Below, one piece after another: positions 1 to 9,848 of a stretch of 64,000 bases of DNA. Both the position numbers and the translations under genes were made by a program. Position 1 is the first letter of the stretch, and every line of letters starts with the position of its first letter. Origin of the DNA: Candidatus Poribacteria bacterium (GTDB taxonomy: Bacteria > Poribacteria > WGA-4E > WGA-3G); assembly GCA_965204285.1 (NCBI GenBank), contig OZ241980.1, positions 261,811 to 325,810 of the forward strand. The letters run 5' to 3'. Below the pieces are notes generated by a model. The model saw nothing but the letters and a program-made list of their open reading frames with translations. It did no database searches and was not told the DNA's origin.

Positions 1-1784
1 TCCCCGGCGCGCAAAGTGATATGACAATCTACCTTGCTTATACTAACGGTGTATTCCGCACAGATAATGCAGGTAAATCGTGGACGCCACTGTCCGATGA
101 TTTGACAGATAGGAAAATTCATGCAATCGCTGCCGTTGAAAACACCGTCTTTGCTGGTAGCGATAAAGGGCTATATCGCCTTAAATCAGAGAATTGGGAA
201 CAGTTGCCAGTAGGCGGTAAAGTGGAAAATATTCGAGCGTTGGCAAGTGCTGAACACCGACTCTATGTTGCCGTAGGAAAGGAGTCTAAAAATCAAATAA
301 CTTCTCAATTCTTGTCAATGATGACAACCCAAAAGGCATCCAAATCGCTTTATCGGTCAACAGACTTGGGAAAATCATGGAAATCAATAGACCCTGAAAA
401 AAGTCCTATGAAAATGTCTGGAAAAACGAGTATTCGGTTCTCTGACAAAAATAATTCAGAATCTACTAACACAGTAAGAATAATTGCACACCAAGATAAT
501 CTATTAGTCATTAATCTGGGTGATAATTCTTTTTTAAATGATTCTTATTACTCAAATGATGCCGGTAATAATTGGAATATCTTGCCACTAAGTTTTTCAG
601 ATAGTGACTCACTACCTGCAATCACAATGTTGAACAAAAACACATTCTACAGCAGTGGAAATGGTAGCATCTATCACACAACTAATGCTGGCAAGACATG
701 GCGTCAACTGAATACTGGGTTGGTGAATTCTTTCGTTATGAATTTAGTCGCTGTTAATGGTGCCCTCTATGCAAACATAGGGTCTGAACTTGTTGCCTCA
801 TCTGACGGTGGTGAATCGTGGACAACTGTACTTGGTAGAATAAGCAGCATCAATGGCATGGTTGAATCCAATGGTGTTCTCTATGTCAAAGGTTCAAAGA
901 ATCTGACACCACACCTTTACCGCTTGTCTTTTAACAACCAGGTAACCCCTGTCCCCGGCATGCCGAATTTTAAGGCTCCGGACTTTAACAAGTTGATGGA
1001 CGAAAAAATCGGTAAAGCATTTCTTGCCACACTTCAGGAGGATGCTCAGAAAGACCTTGCAGCAGAAAAGAAGATAAATCCTGAACATTTTGATGCAGAA
1101 ACGTTCAATGAAACCTACAATAAGATTGTGCAGGAAAATCTAAAAAAGTCATTTCAAGTTTCTTTTGGCAGTTTTGCTGTCAGCGGAGCAACCTACTATA
1201 TGGAGTCCGGAAGGAAACTGTTCAGATGGAAACCAGGTACTTCTGAATGGTACGACACAGGATTAGAAGATGAAGGTGGATCTGATCACTTTTATGGGAA
1301 AATCGACGATTTTGATTCTATTCGTTTCAAGATTGCCGTATCGGGAGACACTGTTTACGTCGGCAAAAGAGATGGACACCTCATGCTATCGCATGATGAA
1401 GGTGACATTTGGAACGATGTCACCACAACACTTCCATTTTCTGTTGGACGTTTCAATGCTATTACTTTCGCTGGGCAAACTGTCTATGTGGCTACCGACA
1501 AAGGTGTTGTGTGGTCAAACAATGGGACTAAATGGCACACACTCATTGATGCAGAAGGAACACCTCTCGCTATGAAAAGGTTGGCAGTGGATGATACAAA
1601 GGTTTACGGCGAATATAACCATAAAATATATCAATTGAATAAGGACTCTGGCAAGTGGCAACAGGTTACGCCAGAAATCCCACAATTTGTTTTCTCTTTT
1701 GACGTTGATGGAGACACACTCTATGTCGGAACAGCAGGACGAGGTGTGCTACGTTTCACACTTGACGATCCCGTGGATCAATAA
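1..1784 (+). CDS. C-terminal part of an ECF-sigma/TM/BNR beta-propeller fusion protein (paralog A); the 5' end lies upstream of the window
   Basis: The reading frame is open from nt 3 and the first Met of the listed ORF is internal. The sequence KSDMTIYLAY... aligns to SESDMTIYLAY in the full-length paralog at 15297-18338. It carries Asp-box-like motifs (SDNAGKSW, STDLGKSW, TTNAGKTW, SSDGGESW, HDEGDIW). Its C-terminus DGDTLYVGTAGRGVLRFTLDD is shared with the paralogs. Confidence 0.7.
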   Translation, partial: PGAQSDMTIYLAYTNGVFRTDNAGKSWTPLSDDLTDRKIHAIAAVENTVFAGSDKGLYRLKSENWEQLPVGGKVENIRALASAEHRLYVAVGKESKNQITSQFLSMMTTQKASKSLYRSTDLGKSWKSIDPEKSPMKMSGKTSIRFSDKNNSESTNTVRIIAHQDNLLVINLGDNSFLNDSYYSNDAGNNWNILPLSFSDSDSLPAITMLNKNTFYSSGNGSIYHTTNAGKTWRQLNTGLVNSFVMNLVAVNGALYANIGSELVASSDGGESWTTVLGRISSINGMVESNGVLYVKGSKNLTPHLYRLSFNNQVTPVPGMPNFKAPDFNKLMDEKIGKAFLATLQEDAQKDLAAEKKINPEHFDAETFNETYNKIVQENLKKSFQVSFGSFAVSGATYYMESGRKLFRWKPGTSEWYDTGLEDEGGSDHFYGKIDDFDSIRFKIAVSGDTVYVGKRDGHLMLSHDEGDIWNDVTTTLPFSVGRFNAITFAGQTVYVATDKGVVWSNNGTKWHTLIDAEGTPLAMKRLAVDDTKVYGEYNHKIYQLNKDSGKWQQVTPEIPQFVFSFDVDGDTLYVGTAGRGVLRFTLDDPVDQ

Positions 1785-1820
1785 GCAAGTAACGTTATGT
1801 CCTTTCGCAAAAGCACAACC

Positions 1821-1918
1821 ATTATGGTGAACCTTGAAATGAAAGAGGCACATATTCTGTAGGAGGGAACTCCGATTCCCGACTAAAACGGGTCGCGATT
1901 CGGAGATCGCTCCTACAG
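1821..1918. repeat. REP-like palindromic element, family 1 (arm order Y-X)
   Basis: ctgtaggagggaactccgattcccgac - 8 nt - gtcgcgattcggagatcgctcctacag forms an imperfect hairpin. The 5' flank tatggtgaaccttgaaatgaaagaggcacat is shared with the copy at 15128. Confidence 0.8.
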
Positions 1919-2178
1919 AATATGAAAAGTTGTGAAAAACAACAAAACTTTCACGTAAATAGCACAAGTCTTATATAACATTCACGTAATAATAAAAAGT
2001 ATCAAAATTTTTGAAAACTAAATAACCCTGATTGGAGAGTAATACCTATTTACATATCCTCAATTTTGTGTTATAATATGGATAAGAACATACAAATTTG
2101 ATTCTACATCACTAAAAACATAAAAAATCGTTCTATAACAAACCCGAAACATCTCAAAACAAATAGGTGGTAAGTTCC

Positions 2179-2958
2179 ATGAGATATAAAAATGTCTACA
2201 TTACAACTATCCTATTGATATTTTTCATCACCCCGCTCGCGATCAGTAAAGATGCTGGATATGATTCCACTTTTGGTCGCACCTCGCTTTCAAATGGAAA
2301 AGATATTGAATATGATTTCACATTTGTCCGGTTGAAATATAGTGGTAGTTTTCGGCATAAGAGTTTGTGGCATATAGATTACCCTGCAGCTGAACGAAAC
2401 TTACTCATTCAACTCAACAAACATACAGACATTAAAGCGAGTCCTGAAGAAAAAGTTATTGAGGTAGGTTCACCAGAACTTTTTGATTATCCTTTTGCAT
2501 ATATAGCGGAATTGAGTCGGCTTAACCTTTCCAAAGCAGAAGCTGAAAATCTTCGGGAGTATCTGTTACGCGGTGGGTTTATCATGATGGACGATTTTCA
2601 CGGCACTGAACAGTGGAGAAGATTCTATAAACAGTACAAGAAGATCTTCCCCAAACGCGAACCGAGAGATATTCCAATGACACACCCGCTTTTCCAATGC
2701 TTCTTTAAGATTGACAAACTGATGCAAATCCCCGCACCCGCTGCCTACCGAAGCGGAAGAACACATGAAAAGGATGGGTATCAAGTGAAATGCATGGGTG
2801 TGTTTGATGATCAAGGCAGACTTATGATGATGATTAACTTCAATACGGATTTAGGGGATGCATGGCAAAATGCTGCAGAATCGTTTTATCCGCGTAAATT
2901 TTCCGATATGGCATTCAAAATGGGGATTAACGCTATTGTCTACACGCTTACCCATTAA
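2179..2958 (+). CDS. DUF4159-family protein, secreted
   Basis: It has an N-terminal signal-like hydrophobic segment. The block PFAYIAELS...LREYLLRGGFIMMDDFHG...W...F...IFP...HPLF is typical of DUF4159. I prefer the ATG at 2179 to the GTG at 2167 listed in the ORF track. Confidence 0.55.
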   Translation: MRYKNVYITTILLIFFITPLAISKDAGYDSTFGRTSLSNGKDIEYDFTFVRLKYSGSFRHKSLWHIDYPAAERNLLIQLNKHTDIKASPEEKVIEVGSPELFDYPFAYIAELSRLNLSKAEAENLREYLLRGGFIMMDDFHGTEQWRRFYKQYKKIFPKREPRDIPMTHPLFQCFFKIDKLMQIPAPAAYRSGRTHEKDGYQVKCMGVFDDQGRLMMMINFNTDLGDAWQNAAESFYPRKFSDMAFKMGINAIVYTLTH

Positions 2959-3071
2959 AGTTATAATATTCGCTTAGTACATTAACATTTTCCCTCCTCC
3001 ATTAAAACCTTAATTTCTTCCGTTCTTTCCAACTTTTTTTCCTCTTTCCCTTAAAAAATCAATTTTTTCTC

Positions 3072-3154
3072 AAATAATTGCAATTTTTTTTCAAAAAGTG
3101 CAATTATTGCTCTCAAAAATGTGTCTATATATTAAAAGACCAATTTATGAGGGT
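3072..3154 (+). promoter_or_regulatory. 83-bp conserved upstream element, copy A, containing AATTGCA-N16-TGCAATT and the palindrome GCAATTATTGC
   Basis: It is 81/83 identical to 5257-5339. It lies about 215 bp upstream of the start of gene 3369. Confidence 0.6.
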
Positions 3155-3368
3155 ATCTCATTATAGATTTAAAATATAACCCGTTATACTATAGTTGACT
3201 TTACACAATTAACCATGCACCGATGCCTGGCGTGAACTAAAAATTGAGTCCGAAGTAATTCGTCAAGAGTATATAGATATTCATGGAGCAGATGTCTATG
3301 AGCGACAAATGGCAGAAATTGCAAAGCACGATCGATATAAAAATAAGTAATTCAAATAGGGAGTTATC

Positions 3369-4151
3369 ATGTTAAAATCTTTTTTCTTTTCAAAACCTGT
3401 TGTTATCGGAATAGCAATTTTATTATTTGTCTCCACGTTATGTTTCTTATACTATCAATCGGTAATAACATCAATTGAGAAAGAACAAGCCAGCGATGAT
3501 AAGATAATTAAATCGTTAACAGAAGATGTCAAGGACTCCGATACACAGAAAATAAATAACGGTGATATAGATTTGCATGGTGACTCTGATATTGTAACTC
3601 CTGAAATTCCTGTTAAAACTAATAAAGCATTAGGCGCGGATCATGATGATTCGGATGTCGATCCATCTGTACAAGAGAATAAATTAACAATGCCTGATAT
3701 GGTAGAAAAGGAAGTTCGGATGTCTCCGTTTGGATTCGGCGCATATCCTAAAATTCCTGATGTTTACAGAGATTTGGGAGGTGTTCAAGATATATGGGGA
3801 CACTTTGAAGAGTTAGCGAAAACTGATCCTGATCAAGCAAGAATACAGGAACTTGGAGAAAGAGTGTTAGTTAAGTTATGGAATGAAGGACTGCAGCCCG
3901 AAGGTGCAAATTACTCAGAAGGTAAATTCTTTCCGCAGTATCCAAATACTGTATATGTCCAATGGGACACAATAACACTTGAAGATGGATCAACAGAAAA
4001 AATCCCAAGTCGTGTTGTAGGAGATCCGGCATTTTCCCAATTTGATCTCCAGTTTTATGAATCCAATGGACAAGATATTCCAGCTGGATTCAATTTGTTA
4101 GATTATGATAAGGATGGTATTGATCCTTATCAATTTCTCAATTTAAAATAA
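3369..4151 (+). CDS. hypothetical signal-anchored protein, paralogous family with 6191-6970
   Basis: It has an N-terminal TM segment. The C-terminal domain is conserved with 6191-6970 (SPFGFGAYPKIPD ... GIDPYQFLNLK versus SPHGLGPYPKIPD ... GIAPYDFLNLE). Confidence 0.6.
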   Translation: MLKSFFFSKPVVIGIAILLFVSTLCFLYYQSVITSIEKEQASDDKIIKSLTEDVKDSDTQKINNGDIDLHGDSDIVTPEIPVKTNKALGADHDDSDVDPSVQENKLTMPDMVEKEVRMSPFGFGAYPKIPDVYRDLGGVQDIWGHFEELAKTDPDQARIQELGERVLVKLWNEGLQPEGANYSEGKFFPQYPNTVYVQWDTITLEDGSTEKIPSRVVGDPAFSQFDLQFYESNGQDIPAGFNLLDYDKDGIDPYQFLNLK

Positions 4152-4180
4152 AGAGGTTAATTATGAAATACTTTGTTTAG

Positions 4181-4561
4181 ATGGTTCTAATATCAGGGCT
4201 TATTTTAAGCGTAATAACTGTCACATTTGCTGGCAGAAATAATGACTATGATGGATCGTTAAGTGGTCATGTCAGCACATGGCAAGGCAAGAAGGATAAA
4301 CTCCCGCGAGCGTATGCATGTGTGAATGGAGGATATAGAAAGTGGGAGGATGGGACATGGAGCCTTACTGCGTATGTGCCAAATCCGCAAACTCAAGGAT
4401 CTCCCTATGACTCTGGATCAGTGGCGTTTAACTCATGGATCTACGAGTCGCATTATCACAGAGGTCATTTCGGTGGCACGGTGAGTCAGTGTTATGCAGC
4501 CGCATTTTGTAATGCGAAAGAGATGAACGGGCCTTGGAGAACCGTTACAACGAGCTGTTAA
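4181..4561 (+). CDS. hypothetical small Cys-rich secreted protein
   Basis: The ORF has a hydrophobic N-terminus and is followed by a perfect hairpin at 4595-4628. No family was recognised. Confidence 0.3.
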   Translation: MVLISGLILSVITVTFAGRNNDYDGSLSGHVSTWQGKKDKLPRAYACVNGGYRKWEDGTWSLTAYVPNPQTQGSPYDSGSVAFNSWIYESHYHRGHFGGTVSQCYAAAFCNAKEMNGPWRTVTTSC

Positions 4562-4594
4562 AATTGAACAGTGTCAATAAGTTAACGCTACAGA

Positions 4595-4628
4595 ATTGCA
4601 CCTCTGTAGCGTTAAGCTGAGCAAACGT
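4595..4628 (+). terminator. stem-loop ttaacgctacag-N9-ctgtagcgttaa, a putative terminator
   Basis: It is a perfect 12-bp inverted repeat immediately after the stop of 4181-4561. There is no clear U-tract. Confidence 0.4.
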
Positions 4629-4676
4629 TCCCAAGAGGAGATCAAATTTACAACCTATCAGAAACTATTTTAACCC

Positions 4677-4820
4677 AAGTTGCTACCTATAAGATTTCAG
4701 ACACGCAGACACCATTTTTAATAGAGAACAGTTCGTTATTGGTGAATATCGTAGCGCAAACTTTCAGTTTGCGTTGTTTTATGCACAAACTAAAAGTTTG
4801 TGCTACATAGGTGGCAACTT
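4677..4820. mobile_element. MITE-like element family 2, copy 1 (TIR aagttgctacct / aggtggcaactt)
   Basis: It has 12-bp terminal inverted repeats. Two internal hairpins are present: gcgcaaactttcagtttgcg and gcacaaactaaaagtttgtgc. A second copy with the same TIRs and the same flanking ttttaaccc lies at 55202-55344. Confidence 0.6.
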
Positions 4821-4885
4821 ATACCATTTCTAAATAATGATATTACATTATTTCATAAATCGGTTGTCCGAATGCAGCACCCTCT

Positions 4886-4918
4886 TCTGTAGGAGCGACC
4901 TCCTGGTCGCTCCTACAA
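4886..4918. repeat. short perfect palindrome related to REP family 1 (tgtaggagcgacc-tcc-tggtcgctcctaca)
   Basis: Seen directly in the sequence. It shares the ctgtaggagcg arm start with family 1. Confidence 0.6.
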
Positions 4919-5256
4919 AGAAACTCAAAAATCGGAATGATACTTTGTCAATTAGAAATGGTATTAGGTTATTTTAAGTAAACACATTCAAGCGAGGTAA
5001 TCAAGATGTTTCCCATATTAAGAAGCTAAGCAAGACCTTTATACGGTAATTTTGATGCTAATATAGCAGCTATGGCATTCGTAATGCAGCAAATTAATGC
5101 AGTTAATTCACTTGTCAATATGAACAACACTGAGCCGCAAATTAGAACCCTATGAACCTACTCAAATTACTCAGCAGTTACAGACGAATGACGACTTACC
5201 GCGAGAACTGCGATTTATGCACATCCGCCCGTAACATTTTTAATAATAGCACACTG

Positions 5257-5339
5257 AAATAATTGCAATTTTTTTTCAAAAAGTGCAATTATTGCCCTCA
5301 AAAATGTGTCTATATATTAAAAGACCAATTTATGAGAGT
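5257..5339 (+). promoter_or_regulatory. 83-bp conserved upstream element, copy B
   Basis: It is near-identical to 3072-3154. It lies about 215 bp upstream of gene 5555-6175, which is followed by 6191-6970. Confidence 0.6.
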
Positions 5340-5554
5340 GTTTTCTTATGGATTTGGTATAATTCAGCTAAGAGAAAAATGGATTGTTTTACCTATCTCT
5401 ATTTAAGACTTTTTATTTGATTTGCTGCGTGTGATACACACATTTTACATTACAGTAGATTTTACAACACATCTTTGGCAGGCGTGTTTTTTTAGGGGAG
5501 GCGCCAACTGGCCAATGTGCACATATTTTACATTTTAATTTGGAGGACGCAAAC

Positions 5555-6175
5555 ATGAAAACCACTCTTAGCACTTTCCCGTACGTTGTCACTCTACTTC
5601 TTGTTGTCTTGTCGTTTGCACTCGGTTGTGGCGACGAAGACGACAACGTTGTTATTATCCAACCAACCGAACCACCGATAGAGGAAGTGATCAAGGAACC
5701 TATAGAAGAAGTTGATGAAAAATTAACGTCTACACAACGCGCACGAAAACTGATGAATGAAGTTAATCAGAAAAGAACAGAGGCATACCAACAAGCAGAA
5801 GAAGAAAATGATTTTACCACGTTGCCTGAAACTTCTGAAGAAATCTTCAAAGAAATCCTCGGATTTGAAGAAAATTTTACAAACAAGTTGCTTGGAACAT
5901 GGGAGGCTGCTCTAAGAGCTGCGTTGGTGGTTAAGCGAATAGATAACGCTACAATGAAAAGGTATGAAAATTTTAAAATCGCTTACTTAGGAAAAATCCA
6001 TCTGCAAAATGGTAAACCTTATTTTGAATTTATCGGTGCTTATGATGACATTATCGCGGAGTATTTGCGAATTCAATTTGAATTTCCTGGCACACCTGAA
6101 GAAAAAATTCTTAATATGTTTGGCGATTCTCTGCTTAGAGGAAACACAGACATAATCTATCCAGAAGGTTTTTAA
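5555..6175 (+). CDS. putative lipoprotein, hypothetical
   Basis: GGAGG lies 7 nt upstream of the ATG at 5555. The signal peptide ends ...SFALGCGDEDD, which is lipobox-like. The mature part is acidic and low-complexity. Confidence 0.5.
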   Translation: MKTTLSTFPYVVTLLLVVLSFALGCGDEDDNVVIIQPTEPPIEEVIKEPIEEVDEKLTSTQRARKLMNEVNQKRTEAYQQAEEENDFTTLPETSEEIFKEILGFEENFTNKLLGTWEAALRAALVVKRIDNATMKRYENFKIAYLGKIHLQNGKPYFEFIGAYDDIIAEYLRIQFEFPGTPEEKILNMFGDSLLRGNTDIIYPEGF

Positions 6176-6190
6176 GCATGGAGGCTTGTC

Positions 6191-6970
6191 TTGTTACGGG
6201 ATATTTTCACCAATAAATGGGTTTTAAGTGCCTTGGCTTTTCTGTTTACTCTGACACTCTGTTGTTGGTTCTATTATCACAACGTTTCCAGCGAAATTGA
6301 GAAAGAACAATTGCGTCTGGATCAACTTATGCAACGCAATACGGATCGTGATAGTGAAAATGTCTTGACAGATAACACCCAACATATAAAGAGGCAAACG
6401 CAAGCAAGTCAACACAAAGATAAACCAAATTCTGACTTCGTCGTGTTGCCAGAGCAAACATCACCCCAAGAAACATCGCATCTCAAAACGCCAGAGAACC
6501 TATCCGATATAGATGAAAAGCGGGATGAAGTTGTTGTATCACCACATGGGTTAGGACCTTATCCTAAGATTCCTGATGGCTGGAATCCGCATGCTTTTGA
6601 TGGCGAGATGACGATTGGTCAAGAATTGATAGAACGTGTCCGTATAAAAATGTTCAATGAAGGCATATATACGTATGGGGGCACCATAGACAACGGAACA
6701 GGTTTGGTGTATCCTATCACGCGCCACCGAGTTTATATTCGATGGGAAGAAGCAGTATTGCCATCGCTCGGTAAAACAAGATATGCCCAGTTGATTCGGG
6801 GACACCCAGATATTGTTGCTAAAATAAAAAGCAACGCACGAGCTCGGTTGTCGGATTTACCAGAACAAATGCGTCCGATCACTGAGGTTGATATACCAGA
6901 AGGTATCAATGTCTTAGCAGAAAGTGATGGCATTGCGCCTTATGATTTTCTAAACCTTGAAAGGGAATAA
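6191..6970 (+). CDS. hypothetical signal-anchored protein, paralog of 3369-4151
   Basis: It has an N-terminal TM segment and a conserved C-terminal domain, as for 3369-4151. Confidence 0.6.
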   Translation: MLRDIFTNKWVLSALAFLFTLTLCCWFYYHNVSSEIEKEQLRLDQLMQRNTDRDSENVLTDNTQHIKRQTQASQHKDKPNSDFVVLPEQTSPQETSHLKTPENLSDIDEKRDEVVVSPHGLGPYPKIPDGWNPHAFDGEMTIGQELIERVRIKMFNEGIYTYGGTIDNGTGLVYPITRHRVYIRWEEAVLPSLGKTRYAQLIRGHPDIVAKIKSNARARLSDLPEQMRPITEVDIPEGINVLAESDGIAPYDFLNLERE

Positions 6971-7000
6971 TCTTTCAATCTATAAAAAGGAAGGAATATT

Positions 7001-7501
7001 ATGAAAAAACTTTCGACGATCACGATCACAACGTTATTTATTTTCGCTGCTGTTCAGATATCAGTGATAGCTGTGAATAATAATGGAACAAGTCATTATC
7101 CATTTGAATTTGGTGTGTATTCAGGCATATCCCGCTATGTCAGCGATACAGATAGCCCTTTAAGTTCATGGGCATGCACTGGGATTTTTAGTCGCTCCGC
7201 AGATGAAGACTTGGGTCTACAACTCATATATAACTGGTCAGCATCCGCAGGTGTTTATTGTTCGGATGGCAATTATCGAGGCAGTTCCGATATGCGTGCG
7301 GATATTATGACATTTTATCGGACGGGCAGTAGTGATTTTGTAGGCGAAGTGAGCGAATATGTGGGTTTTTATGTCCAAATGGAACCACCGCCAGATAACG
7401 TCACTTTGGATATAGAAGATTGCAGTTCCCACGGTGAAATTGATGGTGAAAACCAGATAAATGGTAACTCGCGGAGTTCGCGCTCTGAGATACCATTTTA
7501 A
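7001..7501 (+). CDS. hypothetical secreted protein
   Basis: It begins with a signal peptide (MKKLSTITITTLFIFAAVQISVIA). GGAAGG lies upstream. Confidence 0.45.
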   Translation: MKKLSTITITTLFIFAAVQISVIAVNNNGTSHYPFEFGVYSGISRYVSDTDSPLSSWACTGIFSRSADEDLGLQLIYNWSASAGVYCSDGNYRGSSDMRADIMTFYRTGSSDFVGEVSEYVGFYVQMEPPPDNVTLDIEDCSSHGEIDGENQINGNSRSSRSEIPF

Positions 7502-7514
7502 CCATTACATGTGT

Positions 7515-7542
7515 CTTGCGCGGAGACGTTAAACCCGCGCTC
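7515..7542 (+). repeat. hairpin motif tgcgcgg-agacgttaaac-ccgcgc
   Basis: It lies immediately 3' of the stop of 7001-7501. The same motif recurs at 10100-10127 after the stop of 9845-10087. Confidence 0.5.
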
Positions 7543-7560
7543 TAACAAAAGGAGAATTTA

Positions 7561-7950
7561 ATGAATAACAAATTCTTACAACAATGCATCGCGCTTTCGG
7601 TGCTGTGCTGTATTGTATTAGCATTTATATTAATTATTAATGTAGAGGAAGCCGAATCCTTTATCATATGGTTTATAATTTGGTTGTTGAATAGAGTTAT
7701 AGATGCCGTAGAGGCACTTTGGGATTGGTTTAGCGACATAATCAATAGTATTCCGGCGATTGTGCAATCTATATCAAGATGTGCTACGGCTGTTTCTGCA
7801 TGTATGTCGGCTGTGCAGGAAGTATATGACGCTTTACAGATAGCTGAAGATGATCCGACATTATCGAATGTTTCTGCTGTATCGGCTAAAATTGCAGTTG
7901 CATACAATACATGTGGTGACGTGTGGGGCGAATGTTTCCCAGATGATTGA
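7561..7950 (+). CDS. hypothetical small membrane protein, Cys-containing
   Basis: AAAGGAG lies upstream. There are two predicted hydrophobic helices. Confidence 0.45.
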   Translation: MNNKFLQQCIALSVLCCIVLAFILIINVEEAESFIIWFIIWLLNRVIDAVEALWDWFSDIINSIPAIVQSISRCATAVSACMSAVQEVYDALQIAEDDPTLSNVSAVSAKIAVAYNTCGDVWGECFPDD

Positions 7951-8011
7951 CCTAATGGCAGCGCAAGCTTTCAACATAAAATTGCGCTGCCTCAACAAAA
8001 GGAGAATATAA

Positions 8012-8746
8012 ATGAAATTCCGACTAATGTTTTCTCTTAGCCTTTTAATACTTTTTTTGGGATGTGGCAGTAGTGATGATAACAGTGAGACACATTGGAA
8101 TGTCATAAATCAGGAAATACCAGAAGCCGATGTCATTCATAGCAATAAAGCTGAAGAGGTCCTTGCACAACTAAAACAAGAATTTGCAGGCGATATTCTT
8201 GATGATGATTTTCAGACAATCAAAGAACTCACGAATTCTCCAACCTATCTGAAGTTCATTTCGCAGGATGTTGAATATGGGTCATTTATGGATTATGTGG
8301 ATGCGAATATTCCACCAAAACACTGGTTTCAAGAACTAATTGAAAATTGGATCGACAACCCTGAAGATGCGGATTATTTAGTCACATATTATATCGTATC
8401 TAATGGTCGACATGGAAGAGCTCTTGAATACCAAGGTGAACCGGAAGGTACTGCTGATGAATTAATGACTGAGACGTTCGCCGAACCCCACGTATGGGCA
8501 TGGTTGAATGGACGTTTTCCAGATAATCGCGCATTTGTATTGTTTACAGTTGAGCTCGCTATTAGAGAAAGACAGTTAGAAGAAGAAGATATTTCAATAT
8601 GTGATGGATTAATTAATGATTTTGGACAGGATGATGGAATGATCATGTTCGCTTTAAACTATCCATTCAGGTTGCCTCAAATTTTAAATGATTTCAGTGA
8701 CATAGATATTTTCCTGAAATGGACAAAGGGAGAGTTTACTAAATGA
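8012..8746 (+). CDS. putative lipoprotein, hypothetical, acidic
   Basis: AAAGGAG RBS. The signal peptide ends LILFLGCGSSDD. The stop overlaps the next start as ATGA. Confidence 0.5.
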   Translation: MKFRLMFSLSLLILFLGCGSSDDNSETHWNVINQEIPEADVIHSNKAEEVLAQLKQEFAGDILDDDFQTIKELTNSPTYLKFISQDVEYGSFMDYVDANIPPKHWFQELIENWIDNPEDADYLVTYYIVSNGRHGRALEYQGEPEGTADELMTETFAEPHVWAWLNGRFPDNRAFVLFTVELAIRERQLEEEDISICDGLINDFGQDDGMIMFALNYPFRLPQILNDFSDIDIFLKWTKGEFTK

Positions 8747-9456
8747 AGCGCAAGTATTTTTTATATGTTTTAATTTCTATGGCCTTTATAATTCTCTGTA
8801 TATGGTTTTCTATACTTGATAAGCAAATTAAACAAAATATATCTGATCCGGTGACTGTGACAGAAACTAAGGTCAACGAATCTATCTCAATGCCAATAAA
8901 AAAGGCATTTGACACCAAAAAACCTCAGAATAAAAAATCGACGATTGGACAAGAATATAAAGATGTTATTTTGAGTTTTCTTCCATCCCACATGCACGAT
9001 TCTCCTGAAATGAAAAAAATCTTAGCGGTTTTCGAAAGTGAAGAATTTGAGACATTTATAAAAAATAATCCCCAAGGACTCGGTGACTTTTACGACTTCT
9101 TTCAATCACAAGGATTACCTCTGGATAAGAATGAATTATTTGCTGAATATGATAACGATTTCAAAAAATTATTTCCGAATCACACGACAGAACAAATTGG
9201 AGAACTTTTACATTTAGACCTTTTTGCTCGATTTCTTGAAAACGATGTGTATGTCCATTTCTATGAAGACGAAGCACATGGTTTAGAAACTTTTGAAAAT
9301 GTTCTGACGGATTTTACTCTGGAGTCCCATAATAAAATCTGGATGAACGCTCATTTCAAGGGAAATCATCGTGATTTTGGTGTGTGGGCAATGAATGTTC
9401 TTCAGGACCTGAGTATCTTTGAAATGGATAAAGATAAAATACGTCCCTACCTTTGA
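8743..9456 (+). CDS. hypothetical signal-anchored protein
   Basis: Its start overlaps the stop of the previous gene as ATGA, suggesting translational coupling. It has an N-terminal TM segment. Confidence 0.45.
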   Translation: MKRKYFLYVLISMAFIILCIWFSILDKQIKQNISDPVTVTETKVNESISMPIKKAFDTKKPQNKKSTIGQEYKDVILSFLPSHMHDSPEMKKILAVFESEEFETFIKNNPQGLGDFYDFFQSQGLPLDKNELFAEYDNDFKKLFPNHTTEQIGELLHLDLFARFLENDVYVHFYEDEAHGLETFENVLTDFTLESHNKIWMNAHFKGNHRDFGVWAMNVLQDLSIFEMDKDKIRPYL

Positions 9457-9848
9457 ACAAATTTCGTGCATACTTAACTCCTGAAGAAAATGAAACCCTA
9501 CGGGCACTGATGAATCAAGAGGATAAAAATACACCCGTTCCCACTCTTGATACTTCAGACGATATAATAACCGAAACTGTTACCAACACACCAATACCGC
9601 CTGTAACTCAAGATACATCTACCAAAACTGCTATACCCGAAAATACTCATGTATCTCATGATAAGAGATTCAGGAGTAGTCTTCATAAAACTTTTGAACA
9701 ATTTAAGGACTCAAATGTTCGCTTCCGATCCGCAATGCAGATCGTAGAACAATACGGTGTCCAAGAAGGACTCCATCAGATCAGAGAAAATGATCCTGAG
9801 ATGGCAATAATTGTTGAACGTTATCTGAAACAACAGGAGAAAAAATGA
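9453..9848 (+). CDS. hypothetical protein; start uncertain (TTG at 9453 or ATG at 9509)
   Basis: It is an in-frame ORF within a coupled gene string. It contains a Thr/Pro-rich linker. Confidence 0.35.
   Translation: MNKFRAYLTPEENETLRALMNQEDKNTPVPTLDTSDDIITETVTNTPIPPVTQDTSTKTAIPENTHVSHDKRFRSSLHKTFEQFKDSNVRFRSAMQIVEQYGVQEGLHQIRENDPEMAIIVERYLKQQEKK

Noticed and set aside
2167-2178. GTG start for the DUF4159 gene as given in the ORF track
   Set aside because: The ATG at 2179 has better spacing from the GGTGG upstream and yields a typical signal-peptide N-terminus.
3076-3112. Sigma-54 (-24/-12) promoter interpretation of the TTGCA-containing element
   Set aside because: GG-N10-GC spacing is not satisfied. 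The motif is better described as an inverted repeat of AATTGCA half-sites.
5413-5694. 93-aa minus-strand ORF
   Set aside because: It overlaps the RBS, start and signal peptide of the plus-strand gene 5555-6175 and has low-complexity content.
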